NCBI GenBank assembly: GCA_963539845.1
Contig: CAUTML010000002.1
Span: forward strand, 31,372 to 95,371
Origin: an uncultured Candidatus Saccharibacteria bacterium
GTDB lineage: Bacteria > Patescibacteriota > Saccharimonadia > Saccharimonadales > Saccharimonadaceae
Length of the DNA stretch: 64,000 nt
Direction of reading: 5' to 3'
In this document: positions 46,538 to 53,806 of the stretch, in pieces
Layout of the letters: the number at the start of each line of letters is the position of its first letter
How positions within the stretch are numbered: the stretch's first letter is position 1
Program-made: the position numbers and the translations under genes
Notes under the pieces: generated by a model
Told to the model about the DNA's origin: nothing
Databases searched by the model: none
Seen by the model: the letters and a program-made list of their open reading frames with translations, nothing else

Positions 46538-48352
46538 TTACTCCACCGTCACTGATTTGGCGAGGTTGCGTGGTTTGTCAACATCTTGACCGAGAGCGTC
46601 GGCAGTGTGATAAGCTAACAATTGCATCGGCAAAGCCGACACCAACGCTGATTCAATCAAATCTACCGCCGGAATATCAATCACGAAGTCAGCCAGTTTA
46701 GCCAGTTCGGCAGATTTAGAAATCAGGATAATTTGAGCGCCACGGGCCTTAAGCTCCTCGATATTAGATTTAATTTTATCAAACAACGTCGGCTCGGTCG
46801 CCACCACAATAACTGGGGTTTTTGGTGTGATTAAAGCAATTGTGCCGTGTTTTAGCTCGCCCGCCGGAAACGCCTCGGTGTGAATATAAGAGATTTCCTT
46901 GAGTTTTAAAGCACCTTCCATCGCCAGATAAGCATCCATCCCCCGCCCGATATAAAAAGCACTGGTTTGGTTTTTGATAGCTTTGGCAATTTGCTGATAA
47001 ATCGCTTGGTTTTTAAGGATTTTAGTTAATTTAGCCCCAATCTTAGCTAAGTTATCAATTGCCGACTGATAAAAATCCGCCGAAATTTGCTTGCGTCGTC
47101 GAGCTAAATCCAGCGCCAATAGTCCAAAAATTGCCAGCTGAGTAGTGTAAGCCTTGGTGGAACAAACCCCAACCTCTGGTCCCGCCCAAGTATAAAGCAC
47201 CGCATCAGCCAAGCGCGTAATCGACGAACCAACCACGTTGGTAATAGCCAAGGTTTGCGCGCCAGCCTGTTTGGCTTTTTTCAGAGCACCGAGCGTGTCA
47301 GCCGTTTCGCCTGATTGACTAACAGCAATAACCAAAGTGTGCTGATCGGTGAAATTTTTTTGATAACGATATTCCGAAGCGACTAAAGACTCCACCGGCA
47401 AACTAGCCAAATTCTCCAGTAGTTTTTTGCCGTACAATCCAGCATGATAAGCCGTACCGCAGCCAATAATTTCGATTCGTTGAATGGTATTTGGGTTAAT
47501 TTTGTCAAAAATTTCTAAATTAATTTGACCTTTGGCGTCGAGCCGCGGATTGATGGTTTTTTTCAGGGCTTCAGGCTGTTCGTGAATTTCTTTTAGCGTA
47601 AAATGCTTAAAACCACCCTTGGTAACCGCGTCGGCGTCCCAAGTGATGGTTGTTGATTGACGCTGGATAGTTTTTAAATTAAAGTCAAAAAACGCCACAC
47701 CGGTGTCGTCAATTTTAACAATATCACCGTCTTCGAGATAATAGACTTGCTTGCCCAGGCTTAAAATTGGAGCGACGTCTGAAGCTAACATCGCTTGCGA
47801 GCCAGCCACCCCAACCACTAGCGGGCTTTCTTTGCGCACACCAATTAAACAGTTCGGCGCTAAGCTAGAAACCACCCCCAGGGCGAACGACCCCTGGAGC
47901 TGACGCACCGCCTGAGCCACTGCTTCTAGCAAATCGCCAGTCATATATTGATCAATCAGATGGGCTACCACCTCGGTATCAGTTTGGGAGCGAAATTTGA
48001 CACCTTTTTTAGTCAGCTGAGTTTTTAGCTCTTGGTAGTTTTCAATAATACCGTTGTGGACCACGGCGATAGTTTTAGCTTGGTTAGTGTGCGGATGGGA
48101 GTTAGTCTCCGACGGCTGACCATGCGTCGCCCAACGAGTATGGCCGATGCCGATATCGCCAGTTATCTTTTTATCTAAAACTTTAGCTTCGAGATCCGCC
48201 ACTCGACCTTTAGCCTTAGTGATTTGCAATTTATTTGGTTTAATTATCGCCAAACCAGCCGAATCATAACCTCGGTACTCTAGTTTTTTCAGCCCATCAA
48301 TAACAACTCGTGGCGCGTTAGTTTCGCCCACAAATCCAATAATTCCACACAT
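46538..48352 (-). CDS. glmS: Glutamine--fructose-6-phosphate aminotransferase
   Basis: MCGIIGF… Ntn amidotransferase N-terminus, two SIS domains and the C-terminal …KSVTVE. Confidence 0.95.
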   Translation of the reverse strand: MCGIIGFVGETNAPRVVIDGLKKLEYRGYDSAGLAIIKPNKLQITKAKGRVADLEAKVLDKKITGDIGIGHTRWATHGQPSETNSHPHTNQAKTIAVVHNGIIENYQELKTQLTKKGVKFRSQTDTEVVAHLIDQYMTGDLLEAVAQAVRQLQGSFALGVVSSLAPNCLIGVRKESPLVVGVAGSQAMLASDVAPILSLGKQVYYLEDGDIVKIDDTGVAFFDFNLKTIQRQSTTITWDADAVTKGGFKHFTLKEIHEQPEALKKTINPRLDAKGQINLEIFDKINPNTIQRIEIIGCGTAYHAGLYGKKLLENLASLPVESLVASEYRYQKNFTDQHTLVIAVSQSGETADTLGALKKAKQAGAQTLAITNVVGSSITRLADAVLYTWAGPEVGVCSTKAYTTQLAIFGLLALDLARRRKQISADFYQSAIDNLAKIGAKLTKILKNQAIYQQIAKAIKNQTSAFYIGRGMDAYLAMEGALKLKEISYIHTEAFPAGELKHGTIALITPKTPVIVVATEPTLFDKIKSNIEELKARGAQIILISKSAELAKLADFVIDIPAVDLIESALVSALPMQLLAYHTADALGQDVDKPRNLAKSVTVE

Positions 48353-48389
48353 ATTTTGTCCTTTGCTGTGCGTTAGTTAATAATTTAGG

Positions 48390-48535
48390 CTAATTGTTGC
48401 GGTTAGAGAATTTGTCGCCAGAATCACTTCTGGGTTTTGTTCCAACTGAGGCTGCAACCACCTCTGGAGCATCCGCCGAATTTTCGATAACTCCAGTCCT
48501 CGTCAACTTCTTTTTAAAAAAGTTCAGGCGCTTAA
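48390..48535 (-). ncRNA. glmS ribozyme (GlcN6P-dependent self-cleaving riboswitch)
   Basis: Minus strand reads A|AGCGCCUGAACUU-loop-AAGUUGACGAGGACUGGAGUUAUCGAAAAUUCGGCGGAUGCUCCAGAGGUGGUUGCAGCC… This matches the conserved core AGCGCC…GACGAGGAUGGAGGUUAUCGAAUUUUCGGCGGAUGCCUCC of Bacillus-type glmS ribozymes. It lies immediately upstream of glmS. Confidence 0.85.
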
Positions 48536-48558
48536 AATCTTTTAATTAGCTTAAGTTT

Positions 48559-48586
48559 ATTATAACACAACTTAAAATCCAGTCAA
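48559..48586 (-). promoter_or_regulatory. glmS promoter TTGACT-N16-(TGT)TATAAT
   Basis: It has an extended -10 box. The TSS is predicted ~15-20 nt upstream of the ribozyme cleavage site. Confidence 0.55.
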
Positions 48587-48620
48587 AAATTAAAACACAC
48601 CCCCGAGAGAGTGTGTTTTA
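48583..48620 (-). terminator. Rho-independent terminator after the 1624-aa adhesin gene
   Basis: Minus strand: AAAACACAC-tctctcgggg-GTGTGTTTT followed by AATTTTT. Confidence 0.7.
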
Positions 48621-48633
48621 AGGCAAGGTCGAT

Positions 48634-51600
48634 TTAGCGTCGTGATCGTCTAGAACTGGTAGCGTTTCGTGATTGGCGCTGTTTTTGCCAACGGCGATAC
48701 AGTCTGTAAGCTATGATTAGCAAGATTAGCCACCACCACCAGAACGAATATTTAGCATAGATTTGTTTTAATTTTGCACCAAAGGTTGCTTTTTTATCAG
48801 CGCTAGTATTGGCATTTGCCGTTTTATCATTAGCACCTCGGACCGTGACTTTGCGGGTGATGGTAGTAACTTTACCATTAGCGTCGGTTGTTTTATAGGT
48901 GATCGTGTAAGTTCCTGGAACTTTGGAGTTGACTTTACCAGTGATTTCAACTGAACAGCTGGTGCCTGGCGCACAAGTGACACCTGGCTCAACGTAAGCA
49001 TCACCTTGGTTGATTGTCATTTCTGGTTGACCATTGATGGTAAATGGCGGTTTGTTGTTGTCGGTTGATGAAGCTGGATCATTATCAGAGTTGTTGGTTT
49101 GACCGCCTTGGTTGGTTGATGAGCCAGTCTGGCTGCCTTGATTTTGACCACTTTGGTTGGTCGATGAGCCACCTTGGTTGCCCTGGTTACCCTGGTTAGT
49201 TTGACCGCCCTGGTTGCCTTGATTACCTTGATTACCTGGTTGAACCGGCGCTTTGACTTTAACGGCAATGGTCACTATTGTACGATTGCCTGCTTCGTCA
49301 ATTGCGGTATAAGTCACTTGGTAATCCCCAGCTGTGGTTGTGTCAACTGAATTAGCAACCGTTAACGTACAATTACCTTGATTGTCATGACAAGTTGCTG
49401 ATGGAGCGTTAAAGGTCTCACCTACCGTAATCTCCCGAGGGGCTATACCACCATCCACAGTGATGGTCGGAGCTTCGTCATCAACGTCAGTGATATTGAT
49501 GGTAATGTCAGCTTCAGCGTGAAGAGTTGGGGTGCCGTTGTCGGTGACTTTAACACGAAGGGTTACTGATTGATGTTGTTCATAGTCAAGGTTAGTATTA
49601 TCTTTGACTTTCAGTTTACCATCGTTGGTGATTTCAAAGATACCGAGATCGTTACCGCTGGTGATTTGGTAAGTTAGCGATTGACCAGCGTCGGAATCAG
49701 TAGCTACCACCTGCCCTAGTTCGGTACCATTAGCCGAGTTTTCAGCGATAGAGAAGGTTTGGTTGGCGATAGTTGGAGCGTAGTTTTTATCATTAACTGT
49801 TAAGTTGAAGGTCTGGGTGGTAGTAGCGGTGCCATCAGACACAGTTAGTGTAACGGAGTAAGTTTGACCAACTTCGCTGTTGCCTGGAGTACCCGACAAG
49901 GTGCGAGTAGTAGCGTCAAAAGTTAACCAGTCTGGTTTAGCCGTTACTGCGAAAGTCAATGAGTCATTATCTTCATCAGTGGCGGTGATTGTATAACTAT
50001 ATTGTTCACCCTTGATGGCGGTTTCATTTGGGGTGGAGGTGATAACTGGAGCGTCGTTGACGTTTTTCACGGTAATAGTGAGAGTTTGCGGAACAGTCAC
50101 GGTGCCGTCAGAGACTTTAACCGTGACGGTATGGGTGCCAATTTCAGTCTTTTGAGGTTTGAGAGTTAGTTTATTGTTAGCTAATGTGATCCAGCTTGGT
50201 AGATTGTCAGCAGTGTAGGTTAATGAGTCGCCATCTTCGTCGGTAGCAGTGAGGTTATGAACTAGAGTCTCCTTTTCGTTCATAGTGATGGTGTTAGCCG
50301 AAGTCCAGACCGGAGCGTCGTTGACGTTTTTGACGGTGACTTTGAGGGTTTGGGTAGTTTGGTTGGTGCCATCAGACACTTTAAGCTTAATATTATGGTT
50401 ACCAACTGCAGATTGAGTAGGATTAAAGGTTAATTTGTTATTTGTTAAAGTAGCCCAACTTGGTAGATTGTCAGCTGAGTAAGTTAAAGGATTGTTTTCT
50501 GGATCAGTAGCAGTTAGAGTGTGTTCGCTAGTAGCATCTTCGTTGATGGTGACTTGATCAGCCGAAGTCCAGCTTGGGGCTTCGTTGACATTGGTAATAT
50601 TGATAGTAATGTCAGCCTCAGCATGAAGGGCTGGCGTGCCATTGTCGGTGACTTTAACACGAAGGGTTACTGATTGATGTTGTTCATAGTCAAGGTTAGT
50701 ATTATCTTTGACTTTCAGTTTACCATCGTTGGTGATTTCAAAGATACCGAGATCGTTACCGCTGGTGATTTGGTAAGTTAGCGATTGACCAGCGTCGGAA
50801 TCAGTAGCTACCACCTGCCCTAGTTCAATGCCATTAGCCGAGTTTTCAGCGATAGAGAAGGTTTGGTTGGCGATAGTTGGGGTTTCGTTAAGATCACGAA
50901 CATCGATAGTGAAGTTTTTGTCTTTGGTTTTGCCGAAAGAATCGGTAGCACGAACACAAATTTTATACTTATTTTTGGTTTCAAAATCAGCAGAAGGTTT
51001 TAAGATCAGTTTATTACCAGTAATCTGGAAGTTATTATCATTCGCCCCAGCCGTCGCACAAGTCAAGCTAGCAGTATTAGTGTCATTTGGAATATCATTC
51101 GGGTCGTTGGTGATAGTGATGTCGGCTAATTCGAAATTAGGAGCGTTATTTTCGTTGACTTGGGTGTTGGATAATGTAATATCGGTTGGCGCTAAATTGA
51201 ACTCCGAACAGTCTTTGCTGTCGTTAAATGTCCAGTTCTTGGTGTTTTTTAGGTAGTCGTGTTCGGCTTCGGCAGCGCAGTATTTTAAATTATCTGATTT
51301 GGGTTGATGGACGACTGGATTGTCTTTAAACTGAGTATGCCATTTTTTGAGAAGTTTATCGTAGTTTTTGGTGGATAATTTAGTTTCGGAAACGAAATTT
51401 TCGATTGCTCGTGCAGTTGCAAAATCTAGAGATGAGAGATCTTGGTTAAAGGCAGCGGCGCCATAGAACATGTAGTTCATATTAGCTACTCGTGAAGTAT
51501 CAAAATTAACCGGCTTATTGAAATTCTTGGCGCCATAAAACATGCCGGGCATGTCAGTGACATTCCTAGTATCAAAGTTAACGGGTTGATTGAAGGCTGT

Positions 51601-53508
51601 GGCACCATAGAACATACCTTCCATAGTGGTTACTTTTGAGGTATTAAAACTAACCAATTGGTTAAAGGCTCGGGTATGGCCGAACATATAACTCATATCG
51701 GTGACGTTTGAAGTATCGAAATTGACCGGTTGGTTGAAGGCATAGGTGCCACTGAACATATGAGACATGTTAGTTACTTTTGAAGTATCGAAATTGACTG
51801 ATTGATTGAAAACCGAGGCGCCACTAAACATATGGCTCATATCGGTGACGTTTGAAGTATCGAAATTGACCGGTTGGTTGAAGGCATAGGTGCCACTGAA
51901 CATCTCTTTCATGCTGGTAACTTCGGAAGTATCGGGAGCTTGCGTTGGGAAGGAATCGAGTTTTTCTGCAGACTCGAACATATGGGACATGTTGGTAAAT
52001 TTAATATTGCCCCAATTTAGCACGTGAGTGAGGTAATTGGCGCTGGAGTTACCTGTTAACCTCCAGCCGTTGAATTTCTGGCCTGTTCCGGAAGCATAGA
52101 TTTTGATTTCACGAGTGCCGGTAGTAGTGTAGTCGTGAGAGATGTTATCAACATTGGTTTTGGTTTCAACTATACCATCACCCCAATCAATCTTAAAGGT
52201 GTTGTCATTGCCATGAAGAGCAATGAAGAACCACTTAGCTGGAAGATCGGTCCAGCGGGTAGTGAAGGCTGAAGGACAGTGTTTGCTGTCGTTAAATGTC
52301 CAGTTCTTGGTGTTTTTTAGGTAGTCGTGTTCGGCTTCGGCAGCGCAGTATTTTAAATTATCTGATTTGGGTTGATGGACGACTGGATTGTCTTTAAACT
52401 GAGTATGCCATTTTTTGAGAAGTTTATCGTAGTTTTTGGTGGATAATTTAGTTTCGGAAACGAAATGTTCGATTGTTTGTGCAACTGCAAAATCTAGAGA
52501 TGAGAGGTCTTGATTGAAGGCTTTGGCGCCAGCGAACATATCTCTCATGTTGGTGACATTCTTAGTGTCAAAGTTAAGAGGTTTATTAAAATTCCCAGCG
52601 TTTTGGAACATACCGCTCATATTAGTCACTTTTGAAGTATCGAAATTAATTGGTTGGTTGAAGAATCTGGCCTCACAGAACATATGGCTCATATTAGTTA
52701 CTTTTGAGGTATTGAAATTAACTGGCTGGTTGAAGGCTTCGGCGTAAGCGAACATGCTGCTCATGTCGGTTACTTGTGAAGTATTGAAATTGACTGGCTG
52801 ATTGAAGGCTTTGGCGCCATAGAACATAGAGCTCATATCCATTACTCTAGAGGTATTAAAATTAACTGAACGGTTAAACTTAGTGGCAGCGTAAAACATA
52901 TGACTCATCGAAAAAACCTCCTCGGTAGTGTTGGGTGATATGTTAGGGAATGAATTAAGATTGCTGGCACCATAAAACATATAGGACGTGTTGCTAAGCT
53001 TTAGATTGTCGCCCCAGTGTAAGACGTCGGTAAGATACTGGGCTTTTCTGTTATCTTGTAGAGTCCAGCCGTTAAAGCGATTAGCGGCACCATTGAGAAG
53101 CTTAATTGTTATATCGTAAGTACCTGGGTTTTGGTAATCGTGCGAGATTTGAGATGCGTTGGTGACTACAGTAACTTGACCATCGCCCCAATCGAGATAA
53201 AAACCATTATTGTTTCCATGTAGATTGATAGTTAATACGCCAGCAGGGAGGTTGGTCCAGCGGGTGACGAATTCGGTGCTTTCGTAGGCGGAGGCTTGAT
53301 TTTGTTTGAGAGCTTGCATCGACAAACCGGTCACTACCGCTACTACCAATGACAATGCTAACAAAATTTTTATTCGACTAAATTGTTTGCGGCTGGCTTT
53401 TTGACTAACTATTTTTTGACTAAAAGTTTGCTTCAACAAACGACGTCCAAAAAGTCGCTCTAGCATCGACCGCACGCCAAGTGACCTTTTACTAATGTTT
53501 TTGTTCAT
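48634..53508 (-). CDS. Giant cell-surface adhesin: two BspA/DUF285-type LRR modules, cadherin-like/He_PIG Ig repeats, DUF5011-like Ig domains and a C-terminal TM anchor
   Basis: 1624 aa with a signal peptide. It has ~24-aa repeats of the form MSHMFxGAxAFNQPVNFDTSxVTx, repeated …VNDAPV/VNEAP… cadherin-like junctions, a DWLTFDATTRTLSGTPGNSEVG He_PIG motif, a GNQGNQ linker, and the C-terminal WWWLILLIIAYRLYRRW anchor plus a basic tail. Confidence 0.9.
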   Translation of the reverse strand: MNKNISKRSLGVRSMLERLFGRRLLKQTFSQKIVSQKASRKQFSRIKILLALSLVVAVVTGLSMQALKQNQASAYESTEFVTRWTNLPAGVLTINLHGNNNGFYLDWGDGQVTVVTNASQISHDYQNPGTYDITIKLLNGAANRFNGWTLQDNRKAQYLTDVLHWGDNLKLSNTSYMFYGASNLNSFPNISPNTTEEVFSMSHMFYAATKFNRSVNFNTSRVMDMSSMFYGAKAFNQPVNFNTSQVTDMSSMFAYAEAFNQPVNFNTSKVTNMSHMFCEARFFNQPINFDTSKVTNMSGMFQNAGNFNKPLNFDTKNVTNMRDMFAGAKAFNQDLSSLDFAVAQTIEHFVSETKLSTKNYDKLLKKWHTQFKDNPVVHQPKSDNLKYCAAEAEHDYLKNTKNWTFNDSKHCPSAFTTRWTDLPAKWFFIALHGNDNTFKIDWGDGIVETKTNVDNISHDYTTTGTREIKIYASGTGQKFNGWRLTGNSSANYLTHVLNWGNIKFTNMSHMFESAEKLDSFPTQAPDTSEVTSMKEMFSGTYAFNQPVNFDTSNVTDMSHMFSGASVFNQSVNFDTSKVTNMSHMFSGTYAFNQPVNFDTSNVTDMSYMFGHTRAFNQLVSFNTSKVTTMEGMFYGATAFNQPVNFDTRNVTDMPGMFYGAKNFNKPVNFDTSRVANMNYMFYGAAAFNQDLSSLDFATARAIENFVSETKLSTKNYDKLLKKWHTQFKDNPVVHQPKSDNLKYCAAEAEHDYLKNTKNWTFNDSKDCSEFNLAPTDITLSNTQVNENNAPNFELADITITNDPNDIPNDTNTASLTCATAGANDNNFQITGNKLILKPSADFETKNKYKICVRATDSFGKTKDKNFTIDVRDLNETPTIANQTFSIAENSANGIELGQVVATDSDAGQSLTYQITSGNDLGIFEITNDGKLKVKDNTNLDYEQHQSVTLRVKVTDNGTPALHAEADITINITNVNEAPSWTSADQVTINEDATSEHTLTATDPENNPLTYSADNLPSWATLTNNKLTFNPTQSAVGNHNIKLKVSDGTNQTTQTLKVTVKNVNDAPVWTSANTITMNEKETLVHNLTATDEDGDSLTYTADNLPSWITLANNKLTLKPQKTEIGTHTVTVKVSDGTVTVPQTLTITVKNVNDAPVITSTPNETAIKGEQYSYTITATDEDNDSLTFAVTAKPDWLTFDATTRTLSGTPGNSEVGQTYSVTLTVSDGTATTTQTFNLTVNDKNYAPTIANQTFSIAENSANGTELGQVVATDSDAGQSLTYQITSGNDLGIFEITNDGKLKVKDNTNLDYEQHQSVTLRVKVTDNGTPTLHAEADITINITDVDDEAPTITVDGGIAPREITVGETFNAPSATCHDNQGNCTLTVANSVDTTTAGDYQVTYTAIDEAGNRTIVTIAVKVKAPVQPGNQGNQGNQGGQTNQGNQGNQGGSSTNQSGQNQGSQTGSSTNQGGQTNNSDNDPASSTDNNKPPFTINGQPEMTINQGDAYVEPGVTCAPGTSCSVEITGKVNSKVPGTYTITYKTTDANGKVTTITRKVTVRGANDKTANANTSADKKATFGAKLKQIYAKYSFWWWWLILLIIAYRLYRRWQKQRQSRNATSSRRSRR
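49490..49776 (-). repeat. Intragenic long repeat A, copy 1 (cadherin-like module)
   Basis: Near-identical to 50594-50880 (offset 1104 nt). 49540-49722 is identical by eye to 50644-50826. Confidence 0.8.
50594..50880 (-). repeat. Intragenic long repeat A, copy 2
   Basis: See copy 1. It encodes TIANQTFSIAENSANG.ELGQVVATDSDAGQSLTYQITSGNDLGIFEITNDGKLKVKDNTNLDYEQHQSVTLRVKVTDNGTP.LHAEADITINIT. Confidence 0.8.
51214..51398 (-). repeat. Intragenic long repeat B, copy 1 (end of an LRR module)
   Basis: 185 nt identical by eye to 52282-52466 (offset 1068 nt = 356 codons). Similarity continues with scattered mismatches on both sides. Confidence 0.8.
52282..52466 (-). repeat. Intragenic long repeat B, copy 2
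   Basis: See copy 1. It encodes …FVSETKLSTKNYDKLLKKWHTQFKDNPVVHQPKSDNLKYCAAEAEHDYLKNTKNWTFNDSK…. Confidence 0.8.
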
Positions 53509-53583
53509 GTTGTTACCTTTTTTGTTTTTGTTTTTTTGTTTTTCGCCAAAAACTCCAACGATTTGGCTTGGATATACGTCTCG

Positions 53584-53612
53584 AGTTTAGCATAAACATT
53601 ATATAAAGTCAA
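53584..53612 (-). promoter_or_regulatory. Candidate promoter of the adhesin gene (TTGACT-N17-TAAACT)
   Basis: Counted by hand. It gives a ~75-nt leader containing A-tracts. Confidence 0.45.
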
Positions 53613-53708
53613 GGCTTTTTATGAAAATTTATTTTTTGCGTTTAAATTGAAATTAAATTTGTATAAATCTTACTATTTTAACAGCGCAAACTCTGGCTCA
53701 TTTTTTTA

Positions 53709-53800
53709 TTCAAAATGTCCGATAAAATGTCCGATAAACGCATTTTTATCGACTCTAACAGAGGTAGTTCACGTCTTCAAAATGTCCGATAAACGCATTT
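53709..53800. repeat. Three copies of a 14-24-nt motif (core AAATGTCCGATAAA) between polA and the adhesin promoter
   Basis: TTCAAAATGTCCGATAAACGCATTT sits at 53777-53800. The same unit at 53709-53745 carries an internal 12-nt tandem duplication (AATGTCCGATAA x2). CGATAAA…TTTATCG also forms an inverted repeat at 53732-53751. Confidence 0.7.
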
Positions 53801-53806
53801 ATGTCT

